DNA of 64,000 nucleotides from Takakia lepidozioides (Eukaryota; Plantae; Bryophyta): NCBI GenBank assembly GCA_030704615.1, contig CM060731.1:80848001-80912000 (forward strand), written 5' to 3'. A program made the translations under genes and the position numbers. Below are positions 24,033 to 37,909 of this stretch, one piece after another. Within the stretch, counting starts at the first letter, position 1. Each line of letters opens with the position of its first letter. The notes under the pieces are model-generated. The model was not told the DNA's origin. It did not search any database and was given only the letters and a program-made list of their open reading frames with translations.

Positions 24033-27000
24033 ATGAGCAAGCAGGGAGGTGGGGAGAAGACGTCTCCGTTTGCGATGGCGGATCTGGGGGCCTCTCTCCC
24101 TCCTGGCACTGGAGGTGAAGTCTCTTTGCGATTTTTTCTTGTATGTTATTGTAATTTTATTTTTCCATTCTGTTTGGTACTGTGGATTTTTGGACTGTGG
24201 CGTTTGAAGAAGCATGTGTAAGTACGTTTGAGATGTTGCAACTATGGTTGCAATACCTCTGTTTACCTCTCGGTGTTCTATACGCGTCCATGGCTGCGAA
24301 ACAGGAATCCGCTATCTGTCTTCGGAAAAACAAATTGGAGCAATTGGATGTGAGCTATAATTTAGCCTTCGCAGGTTGAATGTCGACAGGTTGGGAGTGT
24401 TATGAAATAAACATACGAACTTCTGGTCACAAGTTGCAGTTTCTTAAAGAATTGAACTGTATTAGTGGATATCGACCAAAACAGCCTGTTTTAGTACACT
24501 TCTAACTGAATAGTGAAGGAAGGCTGGTGTGGTTAGCTGTCTTTCGGGACAGTTGGTGGAGGCAATTCCTTAAACCAATGACAGCTTACCCATCAAGCAG
24601 TTATTGGTATAAAGTGGCTGTTTATTTATCTATTATTCCTCATAGTTCGAATGCTTTCAACTGCTTCTCTCATACAGGAAAGCTGGCAGCTAAGTGGAAG
24701 GTGAGGGCTGGGTAGAGGTTTTTCTAGGCAGAGTCAGCCTTTGATGACAAGGATAATCAATTTCCCGGATGAGAATACTTGAGGTGGATATGGCTCCAAA
24801 TTGATAGAGATATGACTTCTGTTAATATTCTACTACTAACTCTTTGCATAAGTCTTAAAACCCTAATTTGTCCCTCAGCACTCCCCAAGCGCCTTATGTA
24901 AATTGGCAGGCGCTGGCCAAACTGTTTTATTCAGGAAGGATACTGAGAATAGTGCCAGCAGTGTGTGTATAAAACCACAAAGTCTCCCAGGAGATTGTCA
25001 GCCTGTCCAGCTTTCTTCGTCAAAGGGTCAGTTATTGTTATTGATCAATCTCTAACATTTGATAAGTGGACATAAAGGTGATTGTGGTGCAGCCTTTGAT
25101 TTATTTTCCATGGTACTTATCAGAACTACTGCTTTACTCTGAAATAGTTGATGATATTGACTTGCACAGAGGACTTGAAAGTGTCAGTCTTGAAAATTAC
25201 AGTGTCACTATTTGTCTGCTAATACTCCTGAAGCAGCAATTATTGGAGATGATGGAATGCATTAGGGTTATCAATATTGTGATAGGTGGAGATTACACTT
25301 GACTTAAGCTAGTGCCCAACGTCATGTCATTTGTTCGTCACTGAAATAGACATGGTTTTTTGTTTTTGGCAGCACTGAGTGCAGCAGATCGGGCTGGTTT
25401 GGTCAATGTTCTCAAGGTGAGTGACCTTATTGGTTAGTTACAGGCTACTATTTCTTTAGTTGACCCAGCATTGACGTTCTGTTCAGTAGGCAACTTTCTT
25501 GTTAAGGTTCTTTACTGCATAGTAATGTGATGATAATGAGTTCTTCGGCCATTGTCAGGGATTCTGGTCCTAGCTGATCATTTCCTTTTGGTGGCTATTA
25601 TGTGGCATTATCTACATGAATTCCTGTCAGGATGTTATGTCACAAACTCTTTAGTCAACAGTGGATTGGTGCATTCTTAACATATACAAGACATTCGGCC
25701 ATTGTTATCAGTGGCCTTGTTGCATCATAAACACTTACAGGCACCCACAAGCTTAAGAATTTTTGAAGTAAGAGTGGGCATTGGTCAGAGCACTCATGCT
25801 AATACTCATATTGTTGGCCAGGATAAGCTGCAATATCTTGCTGGACAGTCATCAGGGTATCTTGATACACTTTCAAAGAAAGTCAAGCGACGAGTAACTG
25901 TGCTTCAAGAACTGCAGGTTTGTACCACCATCAAATTACTCTTGAACTCCGTCAGACACCATGGTGTCCTTCTCTGTTTTTTGGTGGCAAGGTGGGGTGG
26001 TCCAAAGAGTCTTCTGTGCTGGGGCAATGCCAAGGCTATCTTTGAAAGCTTGAAGCTTAGGTGCTAGATCATTATTGGTTTTAGGCAGAAGATGTTTGGA
26101 CATACACGTTGCTCAGTCTGGAGAAATCGAAGTAAAGGGAGGATATGGTGTCTCGAGTTTAATCCCCTGATGTCGATTTTGTGCTAACAGAGTGAACATG
26201 ATGAGGTTGAGGCAAAGTTTCATGAGGAGAGAGCTGCTCTGGAAGCCAAGTATCAGAAGTTGTATGAGCCACTCTATGTAAAGGTATCCACCTGTCTGTT
26301 CGCTCTGAAGGGACTTCTGGTTAAAACAGAGTTGCCATGTCTTGCCAACTGCAAGCAGATGCAAGTAGATCAGATGTGGATGCTCATATGTTACGGACTG
26401 TTGACGATGAAGATTTTGGACCTTCATTTTGGTAGGATATGAAAGTCTGACCTGTTTCTTTTCTGTCTTTCCCTGCACTTCTGGAGTCCCGCTGTGATGG
26501 GATAGCAGCTAGGGGCCCAGTTCTAGCGTATAGAAGAGAGACATGGGTACTCTTCAGGACAAGGAACCTCACCGTAAATTTGTCTTATCCAACCTCATTC
26601 ATTGTAGGGATGGTTGATCAGCTGTACTCTTGTCTCCCTTGACCTGGTCTAAACGGTTGCTGGTTTTGGTTTGTTGCAGAGGGCAGAAATTGTGAATGGG
26701 ATTGTGGAAGTGGAGCCAGCTAATGGTGAAGCCCCACAAACGGACGCTTCAACAGAGGTATCCAACACTGAAGAAGGTACCTTTCTTAGTTGTCCATTCT
26801 TGGTCTGCATATGTTTGAAGCTGGCTTTGGCTTCTCAAGCACCAGTCACGTTAAATATTCAAGCTTATGCACCTGCTTCAGCCAAGGTTGGATGTCAAAA
26901 TTTAACTCAGAACTATTTGGCTTCAAGTGTTCTGTACATTTGACTGATGAAGTTGTGTTGAATAGATTGAGTGAAACTCTTGCCTGTGGCTGCAACTCCA

Positions 27001-30000
27001 ATGCATGAAAATTCTCTATCCCAAGTCATGAGTGTGACTATGCTTTCGGAGAGGTTCCTCTGTTTCCAGGGTCAAGGGCTTGTGTGTTATTGTCAATTCC
27101 GACTTTGAGACTTAATTCTGACTTTCTCTCCACTGGCACATGTCCCCAACAGAGAAGGGAGTTCCAGAGTTCTGGCTCACAGCAATGAAGACAAATGAAA
27201 TCCTGGCGATGCAGGTAGGACTGGGTGGGACTAGTTACAAAAAGGGCATGGATACTTTTGGTATTTGGATTTTCAGATTTAAATCTTGCAATGCTTTTTG
27301 GTGAAGCATTATATTCATATTGAGTAGTGGGAAAGGCAAATAAAATTAGAGTCCATTACAGTTCCTGAGTTCTTTCTTCTGGTGCATTTCAAACTTATCA
27401 TACATGCCTTCCATGTGCATCGCAGATCACCGAGCGTGATGAAGGTGCCCTTAAGTTTGTGAAGGACATAAAGTGGAGCAACCTGGACGATAACAAGGGT
27501 TTTAAACTTGACTTCTATTTTGACGCCAACCCCTACTTCAAGAACACATTGGTATGAACTCTAGTCTGTCCTCAGCTCTGCCTATCCAGAAAACATCAGG
27601 TTCTATTGGTTAGCTCACTGATCAAACGATATTCAACATTGATCTTCTACTCTACTTGGAGCCCATCCTTTGAATCGCTGCAAGATAATGTAACTCTGAG
27701 TACACTGCCAGAACCGTCTGACGGAGGAGTCCGAAATTGACACCCAAGTCTTTTGTGATATACAGTCTTTACTTCAGGCCTTGAGCTTGGAGATGAAATC
27801 CTGGCTCTTTCTCCTCCCGTATTAATCCATCTAATTCTGTAATGAACGGCAAACCTTTGTCCTGTGTCATACTGACTCTCATCCTGGGCGGTAGAAATAT
27901 GCTGTTTATTGGATTGTCTGCACTGTGTTTGTTAGCCCAGAACTAGAAAAGAGACACGAGGACTCCAGCTAAATGTCGGCTATTAAAACTTGATGTTGCC
28001 TGGCAGTTGAGCAAGACATATCACATGATTGATGACGATGAGCCCATTCTGGAGCGTGCTGTTGGGTAAGTTATTGATGCTAGATGGTGACTGGGCTCAA
28101 AATTTAGATGGTGTGGTTTGTTCTCTGTTCTATCTTTCCCTGTCTCATGCCTTGTCTGGCTGAAAAAGATAAGAGTAGATTTTCATGTACCCTGAATATG
28201 AGGTGGCTTGGATGCTGAAGTGTCTAAGGCCATGTTGGAGGCACGAAGAATGCCCAAATCGAAGTTAGTCATAAAACTTCCCTGAATTTTTTTCCAGTTT
28301 GTGACATGGGTGAGGACCTTCAGGATGATTACCCTCAGCACTACACTTCAATTTAAACTCAGCACAGGGAGTCTAGATCTGAACAATGAACTGATGCAGA
28401 GAGGAAAGGGAAATTGCAAATATGCCGGCAACCTAAGGCGACATCCATTTTCTGATACTATGCATGGGGTATTCTCATCAGAGAGTGGTCCTCTTCAGGA
28501 CCATCAAGAACATAGTCCCTGCACCTCTGTTCACCAACTCTCAAAATCTGAGGCTGAGCCTAAAAGCCCTCGCCCTGTTGGGGTCTAATTGCTGGGCAGC
28601 TCACACAACCAATTGATGCTTGTGTGAAGGGATTTCTAGAGGAAATCTGGAAAGCCCAAACCAACTGTTTATACCAAGGTAAGTACCACACTGGAGTGAG
28701 CCCTTCACAAAGTTGGTGTCTGTTCCCTCTTGTCCAAACTGGGTGCGGGGTCTATGGCCACAAGGCTATGGAAAATGTCTCGAGTATATTCTCATGTCTT
28801 GCCTCAGTTACTTGTGGGTTACTTATTGTAATGGGCTATGAGGCTGGATTATAGCTGCCAGTTTGTGGATTTGAAAAAAGAATCAAGTTACTGTCTCAAT
28901 GTCTTCAAGCATATGTATGTGCAATATGGTTGCTTCCTTTCATTGGTGTGATGCAAATTGTTTTGTACTAGCTTGTGTGATAGGTATTCTTGGTCTTAAG
29001 AGTGCACATAGTTTTTACTGTGATGTGACAACCTCACTCCATTTTGCTATCACTGATGGCGACATCTGCTGAATCTTGCATACAAGGTGCTCTACTCCTT
29101 TGGTTTGTTGTGGTTGTGTAGGACGGAGATTGAGTGGAATTCTGGCAAGAACCTGACACAGAAGGTGTTGAAGAAGAAACCCAAGAAAGGAGCCAAGAAC
29201 ACCAAGCCAGTGACAAAGACAGAACAGTGCGAAAGCTTCTTTAGCTTTTTCAATCCTCCACAAGTACCTGAAGAGGATGACATTGACCAGGATACGGTAT
29301 GTTGCTTATGTTTCCAAAATGTAGTGGCATTCCCTTTGGATGTTAAGGTTGTTATTTGTTAGCCTTATGGCTGAAACCTGGTGTGCAAAGTTAGATCTGA
29401 TCCCACCATGGCGCTGGCTGGGTATGTCAAAATATCTATGTATGCTTGTTCAGTTTACATGCCAACTGTGGAAAATACATTCATTTGACAAGATGAATGT
29501 ATCAAAGTTTTTTCTCAAGGCCTCCATGACTTTGCAGGCAGAGCAGTTACAAGACGTGATGGAGCAAGATTATGATATTGGGTGTGTACTTCCTCATTTC
29601 TTTTTGACACCCTCAGTAGAAATTGTGAATTCTGCAAGCATCGATGAGGGAAGGTCTTGGTTGATACAATGTGAGAAGTGTAACTGATGGTGTAAATGCA
29701 CTCCTTTTGAGATGTGACTAAAAGTGCAGGGGAGGGAGTCCACCCATGGAGATATTGTCTAGGATTGTAATGCAGGCAAATTGAACAACCAAAGTTTTGT
29801 TAAATACCTAGCCAAGAAATGTATGTTGGGGACATCAGACGTTGGCAGCAACAGAATCACTACTCCCTGAATAAAGAGGGCATCCTTTCATTCAGCTGGC
29901 CTTGTTGTTAATGCAGGTCAACAATAAGGGACAAGATCATACCCCACGCCGTGTCATGGTTCACCGGGGAAGCTCTTCAAGGAGAGGACTTCGAGGATGA

Positions 30001-30808
30001 AGATGAGGATGGTGATGGTGATGAGGATGAGGATGAGGAAGATGACGAGGATGAGGATGACGAGGATGACGAGGAGGATGATGACGAGGAGGATGATGAC
30101 GAGGAGGAAGTGCGCGGTCGCAAGGTTATGTCTCCGTCTTTATAAATTGCCTTTGGTGAATCCTCATAGTCACTGTGGGAGATCAGTCCAGCCTCAGTAT
30201 CTTAGATGATCATGTCATCAACTGGCCAATTTCATAGTATGATGGTGATGACAGAAGGTTCCCAGAGACTCGTTGCACTTTGAATGACATGTAACTGAAC
30301 CATATGCAAATGATGTTATACTTTTACTCCTTCATGTACAGTGCTATTGCTCATCAGCAAGATTAGGTAGTCAAATGTAAGGCCCCTTACTGACATGTGG
30401 CTGTCTTGATTTTGTTGGACACAGCGGGGGGGTCCTCCAGCAAAGGTAACACTGAGATCTTATCCTCCCTTCTCCTGTCAACTTGTCCAGCTCTTTGTCA
30501 TCCTATATTTTTGCACTCCATTGAATTGATTATGGTTTCTGCTTTCCATTTTAGTGTGCACGTCAATCAGTGGTTTTTGGCCTGAACTGTGAGAACAGCT
30601 CTAGCGCACTAGCCCGAGATGAAAGGAACTTTTCTTGAGTGAATTAACCATATAGCTCATTGTCCTGGGCATGCCAAACTCAAGACCTTTCCAGCTCTCT
30701 GACACCAATTGAGCTTTTGCATTGGCCTTTGTGCAGGGGTCTGCGCATAAAAATCCTTCTGCACAGCCACAAGGAGGGGAGCAGCCACCTGAGTGCAAGC
30801 AGCAATAA
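24033..30808 (+). CDS. NAP1: Nucleosome assembly protein 1 (histone chaperone), 13 coding exons
   Basis: GT-AG exons: 24033-24114, 25373-25416, 25822-25917, 26191-26283, 26680-26776, 27153-27214, 27426-27551, 28007-28065, 29122-29296, 29538-29581, 29917-30124, 30425-30445, 30737-30808. Motifs [47 protein letters not shown], acidic D/E tail and terminal PPECKQQ. Confidence 0.95.
28200..28790 (+). mobile_element. 5'-truncated LINE 3' end in NAP1 intron 8
   Basis: [19 protein letters not shown] matches 14490-14720. The 3' end GGGTCTATGGCCACAAGGCTA..GAGTATATTCT matches copies at 50328-50810. Confidence 0.75.
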
Positions 30809-33279
30809 GTGAATGCTGTCTAAAATTTAAGCCAGTTGCTCAAAGAGGTGGAGTGGCATGTCATGCACCAGCTCAATACCTCTAGTAAACTGTGGAGGCA
30901 TTGGATCAGACCTCCGCGGACTATTGGATCTTTAGGGGTAGGTATAAGGGCTCTCCATTCACACAAGTTGGGCCCTGAGAACCTGTATTTAGGTCTGCCC
31001 CCGAGCTTTTACTCAGGGAGCAGTTTCTAATGGTGGTGGATATCAGACAGCCCATTTTTCCTGAATTGTCGGAATACTGGTGTAGGATAAGAGAAAGGAG
31101 AGGACGCATGTGAGTTGTGTAATAAGAGGTGAAGTGGTTAAGGGGTGGGAAGTCATGGGCCTGACTTCCAGCATTCATCCTAGTTTCTTCCCCCCTTTCT
31201 CTTGTTGTTGTGACGCCCAATTTTGTAGAGCTATGTTTGTAGAGGAGACTCCCATTTTTACCATTTTTGTGTCTTTGCACATACTGAGTGTCATTCTCTA
31301 GTTCGGGTGCTCAGCAAGAGTTGAAGAAACTTCTCAGGTTGGTAGGAAATGTTTCAGGCACTGTGGGTCTTGTTTTGGATGCTTGTCCAAGTTTATCAAC
31401 CTCACCTCCAATGTAGAATTTCTGGGAAGATTTGTCTCTCTTATTGAGGGAAGTGTCAGGAAGAAAGCTTTATGTGAGTGCTGCAGAAGATGGAAGGCAC
31501 CAAACAATGTTCATAGGAAATCCTGCGTTTGTATATCAGCACAGCAGTACCAGAATTTTGTGCGTCACAAAGTTTGGGACTAGATACCAGTTCACGTGTG
31601 AGAACGAGGTTCTTCAGTTATGTATAGAGGAAGGCGAGTGGAGGGGGCTCTTTGAATGTATGCCCTACCGCCCGAGGCCCTTGGGCACAAAATCCAAAGG
31701 GCGCACGAGAGGAGGGGCCTTCCTCTGTGGGAAGAAATGGGATGATTTCTTTTTCCTTTCATTATTGGAGGTGTGCATTACCACACAGTGCAAACGGCAG
31801 TGTGCATTTACTTTTTGTATCGCCCTCATACTTGTGGCTGGCTATTTCGCAGAATACCGAAGAGAAATCAGGCCCTGTTCTTTACGGATGAACACCCTTG
31901 TGAATTATAAAACTTTTGAGATTTTGTCGCTCAGTGCGTTGGACACACAACTCGACTTCAATTTGTAGAGCAAACGATCGTTTAGTCATATCTCAAAGAA
32001 CAATGGGGACTGAGCAGAGAAAGTAAAATTGCATGGTCGATAGTACCAATCTATGAAATGTATGTTCAAATTGTCTTGTGAACGTAGTAAGTCATATGTG
32101 AGAATTAACTAGTGTTGTACGAGATGAAATGAAATTCATTCAATGGACGATCGAATGGTTGACCATCATCGTGTTTTGGAGATACCAGGTAGTATAAAAA
32201 TTTAGTCATGTCCCAAACAAGGGTACGCAACATTTTTAAAAAACCCAGATTTTGGTACTTTTAATGTATCAATAATATCAGCATTTCACATTTGCAAACC
32301 TAGTATCAACTATGGTATGAAAACCTTGATACTTGTTGATATCAACTTCGGGTAAAGTATTACAGAAATTTCAGAAAGAAGCACACACTAATTGTAGCAT
32401 GCAAATTCACATGCTTAATAGATAATGAGGTACAACATTATGGACCAAATACCTCACTGCTCACTGCTCATTACTTTAGAAAAGACCACTCTACCGTGAT
32501 TTCTCGTGGGCTGCAATCCAACTAATCAATATGCATATCGCCATCTCTAGGCGACGCGCATTAATATCTAAACGGCGATACTAGCAATCGAGTTCTAGCG
32601 ACAAAACAAGTAACAACATCAACAACTGGTGAGCCGGGACTAGTCGGCTAGGGTATCGCCCTCCCCGAAACCCTAATCATATCCTACAGGTAGATTATTC
32701 TACGGATTTCCGACCTATCTGGAACCGTCTCATAGGGGCTTCCATACCCGGGTGCATAACCGGGTTAATACCCGGGTTTTTGTACATACCAGGCCAACAT
32801 TGGAATTAACTCCAAACCAGGATTGAATGGACAATTATCTTTCGCACCACAAAACGATGCTAACGACCCGGAGTCAGTGCAAACAAGCATGGGGTCCGGT
32901 TGACACTAAGTATGCTTTCAAAATAGCCCATTGCTCAACCAAGTTGAAACATTAACTCACTTTATTGAGCCGTATTTAAAGGGGCCACCAAAGTAAGGTT
33001 GAAGGAGAAGAAGCCCGGTAGAAGGTAGTTTGCACCCTCATTTATCTATACCTTCTAGAAGGATTGCCCACCGCCCTCACATATCCCACTTCTATGCTCT
33101 CCCCTTGCCAATGTATCTTTTCCCATTGAAGATGTGAAGATGTTATCTTCACCTGTTAATACCCATTTGTAGGAGAGGGTTGGCATCTTCAGCATTTCAG
33201 TCTATTGCCACCTTTTTATGCCTATGAGGGCAATAGTTCAATTATATTTAAACTGAAGGAAAACAACACATATGTTATG

Positions 33280-33690
33280 TCCGATCCTATGAGGCATTTT
33301 ATGATCCCTCAAAACATGATTCATTCCTCAGATCATTCAAGTTCCAAAATTTAAGGAATTTATGGACGGTTTAATTCTTGACGGAAAAGAGGCTTAGTAG
33401 AGGGAACAGAAATGCAAGTGTTTGTTTCTTTGTAGATTCAAAAGGGTGGCCGGTCATTCACTAGAAAAAGTCTGCAACATATTCGGATTGACTTCCAAAA
33501 ATAGCACAATGAAGATGTGAAAATTAAATCTTGACGGATCTCCAAAGCTTCATATTGGAAAGCCGAATTGAGGAGTGAGAGATAAGTCCTCGAAAAAACA
33601 GTCTTTCATTAAAAACGGAATTAAAAAGTACAAGGACTCATCAGGGACAATGACGATTGTTATCAAGAAATTATGATGCAGTACTATGAA
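33280..33690 (+). mobile_element. Degraded fragment of an unidentified repeated (probably TE) coding sequence
   Basis: 33440-33660 (..GWPV..KKSAT..FIKNGIKKY) is homologous to the reverse complement of 63700-64000. Confidence 0.5.
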
Positions 33691-33699
33691 ACTTCAGTT

Positions 33700-35540
33700 G
33701 ACCAAGGCATTACTAACCTATTATTATATGTGGTTAACACAACTTCATCCAAATTCATCTTATTTGGACAGATGTCCTTGAGTCCAAACAAAGAATGTGT
33801 AGGAGCTTGGAATAGGTTCAGGCCCTTCCTTATAAAACAAGGGCCAACAACCTCCCATGAGATCCTTAGGCAGTACCTATTCCTCAACTCGGCGCATTCC
33901 TCTAGGGAGGAGAAAAGTCAGGTCAAAAGATGGGCGGTGTGGGAAGCGAGAGGACTCGGCCAAATTAAGGACCTATGGAACAACAATCCTCGATCATTTC
34001 AGACTGCTCTAGGTTCCCACAGACTGGGCCAGATATCAACACTAATATCCAGACAGTCCCAGATCCATCGAAAATATGGCTAGGAGCTGGGGAATTTCCT
34101 GTCAGGCCTACCCAATGGGTTATGTTCCAAGATCAGCAGTTCCAAATAGTTTATGTGACTGACATACAAAATGTTCTGCTTAAGGGAGAGAAGACTCCGG
34201 CCGAAGCCGGTGTAAATAGAAGTCACTTCGTCTCACGGCTATTGCCCCCTTTCGGAGGTGGGCCCTATCTGCTTAAGGGATATAGCTTCCAAGCTGACTC
34301 TTTCTCTGATGCCCATCTCTCAGCTTCTCCCCCCCCCCCCCCCCCAAAAAAAAAAAAAACATTATTCTCTCAGCTATGGCCAAGCCTGCACGTATTTTCC
34401 ACTGGTCTTCGCCAAATAGAGACTTTAACCCATCGCACCCGCCAAGCATCCCCGTGCTATCATGGCTGGAAAAAGAGATTTGTCTGGATTGGAGAGGCAA
34501 GAGCTACAAAATCTGCAACTGGATCCGGCAGAGTGGCTCTAGAGCTTTGGAGGTTATCCCCAACATTTTTTCTCTTACTCGGCCAAGAAGGCGTATCGGA
34601 TACTCCTACGGGCGGCTCCACTACCAGCAAATGGAACGCCAAATGGGGGCATGCAAACTTTACAATGGAAAACTGGAACTGCATCCGGGGTCTTGTTTGG
34701 GACAAAGCCAAAACCTGCAAAATTAAGTGTCTTTCTGTGGCAGATAGCTAACAGGGTGTTGAAGGTAGGTCAGTTTTTGGGCTTCCAGAAAGTCCTCCTA
34801 TGCAGGTGCTGCTCTATTGATACCATTGAAACCTTGGAGCATTGCCTAGTCTATTGCCTTGCTCCAGGCCGTCTGGCCCCTCGTCCTGGCATTCTACCGT
34901 CCCTAGGGAATCCCCCCGTCTGGCCCGATTACTCTAAATCTCCTCAATTCCAGTCAGATTGACAAGTCTAAAGCCTCGACCCGCCGGGTCTTTGAAACCC
35001 TTAGGAGTGCCACTCTCTGGCATTTATGGAAAGCCAGTGTAAATGGATTATGGATTCTTCCAATACCTCAGCTACTGCAGTCCTTACTCAGGTTTTCTTT
35101 GACCTGATAGTTGTTGCCAAACAGTTATCACCAGAGCGCCTCAATGTCAACTTGCTCTCTTCGTCACTTTCCAGGCGACATGGGGAAGAAACGGACTCAT
35201 TTGCAGCAGCACTGACGCAGGCTCATGCGACTGGACTCGAGGTATTCCCCTCCCTTGGCAGCACCACTGGGCCTTCCTCTTATGCTCGTAGAAACAGCAA
35301 ACCGTTGTTTGTTTGTGCTGTCGATTGCCGAGTTCTTGGAGCTATGTCGAATCCTCTTCCACAAACCCTTAAGGTTGTGGACTATCTTTGCTTTGCTTTT
35401 GATCTTTCTTGCTTTTGAACGCATGTTGTACAGCGATAACAAGCGTGAGGCCTGATATGCACCTGGGGTTCCACATCTTCACTAACTTCATTGTTTTTTG
35501 ATTGCATGTGATGGGACCAGGTGAGGGCCCTCACTTAATA
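33700..35540 (+). mobile_element. 5'-truncated L1-type LINE: post-RT region, zf-RVT finger and 3' UTR
   Basis: RQYLFLN..WEARGLGQIKDLW; KCFLWQIANRVL..CRCCSIDTIETLEHCLVYC; LWHLWK. Frameshifted. Confidence 0.75.
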
Positions 35541-35659
35541 TGATTCATGAAGCTTGCAATTGATTGAAACCTAGCAAGATGAAGTGAAGTCGACTCAAGC
35601 TGTTTCTTCAGGGAGCTGATTCAAATCCACCCCGCTTAACGCTACCACGCCCCTCCCAG

Positions 35660-36690
35660 GGTTCCAACCCCCCCACTACCCACCATCTTCCTTCGCTACC
35701 ACACCAGTTGTAGCCCACTCCCAATCTGCATCTCCACCCATTACACCTCGCAGCCACACTCCGAACACCCCCGACCTACAGTCACACTCCTTTAACATCA
35801 CCACTTGGAATGTTGGATCCCTTACCACCAGTATCCAGAGTCTGATCCATCTCCTCACGGACTCCACGCCCCCACACATTATTCTCATCCAAGAAACCAA
35901 ACTAAACACTAACAACACCAACAGCTCCTATATTAACAAATTCCTACCAGCCTACTACTTCTTCTATGGGACCCCCATGACAGCCACATAGTGTCTCTGT
36001 CGGTGCTCTGCCCCATACTGTCCTACTCGGGGTGGTGTGGCACTTGGCATCCTCCGCACCCATCACTCTCCCAATACCACCACAAAAGTTATAGTACCCC
36101 TCCCCCTCCGATCGCACCTTCAAATTGTTCAGCTGCACCTCCCTGCACTTACCCCCATCACTCTCATCCACTTATATATGTCATCCCATACTAAGGACCT
36201 ATCCCTGATACCTGACATACTGGACACAATCTCTAATACAATCAAGCACCCGACGTACCAACACCATCACTATATACTAGCAGGTGACTTCAACCGGGAC
36301 ATTGCTCTATCGGGCCACACATACAACGGAGTCCACAAACCCCCATCCCCTCTTGACCAAGACTGGGCCCGCTTCATACGTAACCATCATCTCAGATACA
36401 TACCTTCAGACCATCAGTATTCGAGGCTGCAAGGCAACCTTAACTACTCATCTTTAAGCCTTATAGATGGTTTCTATCTTAAGTCACCCTCAAGTCACCC
36501 AGTGATATCCCGCATACCTTACAAGCCATATTATATCGATAGCATATGCAACTTAGACCATTACCCAGTATCTGTCTCTATCCCGCCATCCCTCATCCCC
36601 ATCCATCCCATCCCATCTATCCAGGCCCAAGACCCACAACCCCGTCTCCTCTCACCCTTACCCCAACATAATATCACCACGCTTCTGAAA
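35660..36690 (+). mobile_element. LINE apurinic endonuclease domain
   Basis: ITTWNVGSL, IILIQETKL, ILAGDFN, LIDGF and DHYPV motifs in order. Confidence 0.85.
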
Positions 36691-37514
36691 TGATCACATG
36701 TTTGTTGGTGGAAGCAGATCTCGTAGGCCACATTGATCTCGTACCCATCGAAGACTCCGGTAGGCCACATGGAACGGTTCATGTGATACATTTTCACAAA
36801 TGCGATGTGATACATTTGTGAAATGGTATCACATCAACCGTTTAATCTGGTCAATGCATCTCTTCCGCATCATGGCGGAAATGTTCGTCACTTGAAAGCA
36901 AAAACACAAATAATCCGTGCAAACAATCTCAAGAATCATATGTACTGCAAGGTGTTTCATACTGCCGATGTTCATGTAGCTGAATTCTTTAGGAATCGTT
37001 TTGCTACTCCCATGCCAACAACATCAGGTCCACTGTGACTGCCATATTTCGAATTCCGTATCACCCACCACGGACATGAAACCAGGAACTTCGTACAAAA
37101 TCTCCAATTCATTCATTTTATGGTGGACCATGGCTACAGTCTGCAAGCTGGCCGGGGTGGCTGATACGTCCGTTTGAACATGACAGTCTCAGAGGACGTT
37201 GGCATGGGAATAACAAAAAAAGTACTATATAATTCAGCTAGAGGAACAACAATAGCATGAAACACCTTACCGTAAATATGATTGTTGACATTGGTTGTGA
37301 CAGCTCTAATCAATAGAGAACTCGCACCATCAGTTGCGCTCCAGCAGCAGTACCGGTCCCCCGAGTAAATAAAGTTCCGTCGTAAATAATAAATTGCATA
37401 CGCTCGAATCTCACATATGTCATTTCAACAAAACCGGCCGTGTATTGTGGCATTGTTTGTAACTTCGAATGTTTCAATGTTTCTAACAGGGTACTGAGAA
37501 AATGATATATTGGC

Positions 37515-37758
37515 TCCATAGGAGTTAGACAACAAACGTTCCATATCACATTCAACTGTGCGACACTACCATGAGTGACATGGATAAAAGAGTAATAGGT
37601 GTACATGCGACCTCCGCACGTTTAAGTAGACCATTCGCTGGACCTAGTATCAAACGTTCGGAGGTCGCATGTGCACCTATTATTTTCCGATCCATGTCCC
37701 TCATGGCGGTGTCGCACAGTTGAATGAGATGAGACGTTTGTTGCATAACTCCTATGGA
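37515..37758. repeat. Long imperfect foldback (arms about 115 bp)
   Basis: TCCATAGGAGTTA..TTCAACTGTGCGACAC..CATGCGACCTCCG is mirrored by CGGAGGTCGCATG..GTGTCGCACAGTTGAA..TAACTCCTATGGA. Confidence 0.85.
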
Positions 37759-37909
37759 ACTCAACACGCCGCATTAACTCAGCTTCGGCGGAGGGCACTC
37801 GACCCTCGGTTGTTCTACCTTTCCATGTCTTCATTAGCTGCCTCAAATTCCACGTGGCGTCTTTCGTCCTGCATTGGATCCACCGATTGAACTTCGGCTT
37901 GTCCTTGTC

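Noticed and set aside
23038-24215. ORFs 23038-23412 and 23613-24215 on -
   Set aside because: No recognisable domains. They overlap the promoter/UTR and the antisense strand of NAP1 exon 1.
29990-30110. GAT/GAG/GAC triplet repeat
   Set aside because: It is the ordinary acidic tail of NAP1.
31432-31968. 178-aa ORF downstream of NAP1
   Set aside because: Non-ATG start, no motifs, and no supporting splice structure.
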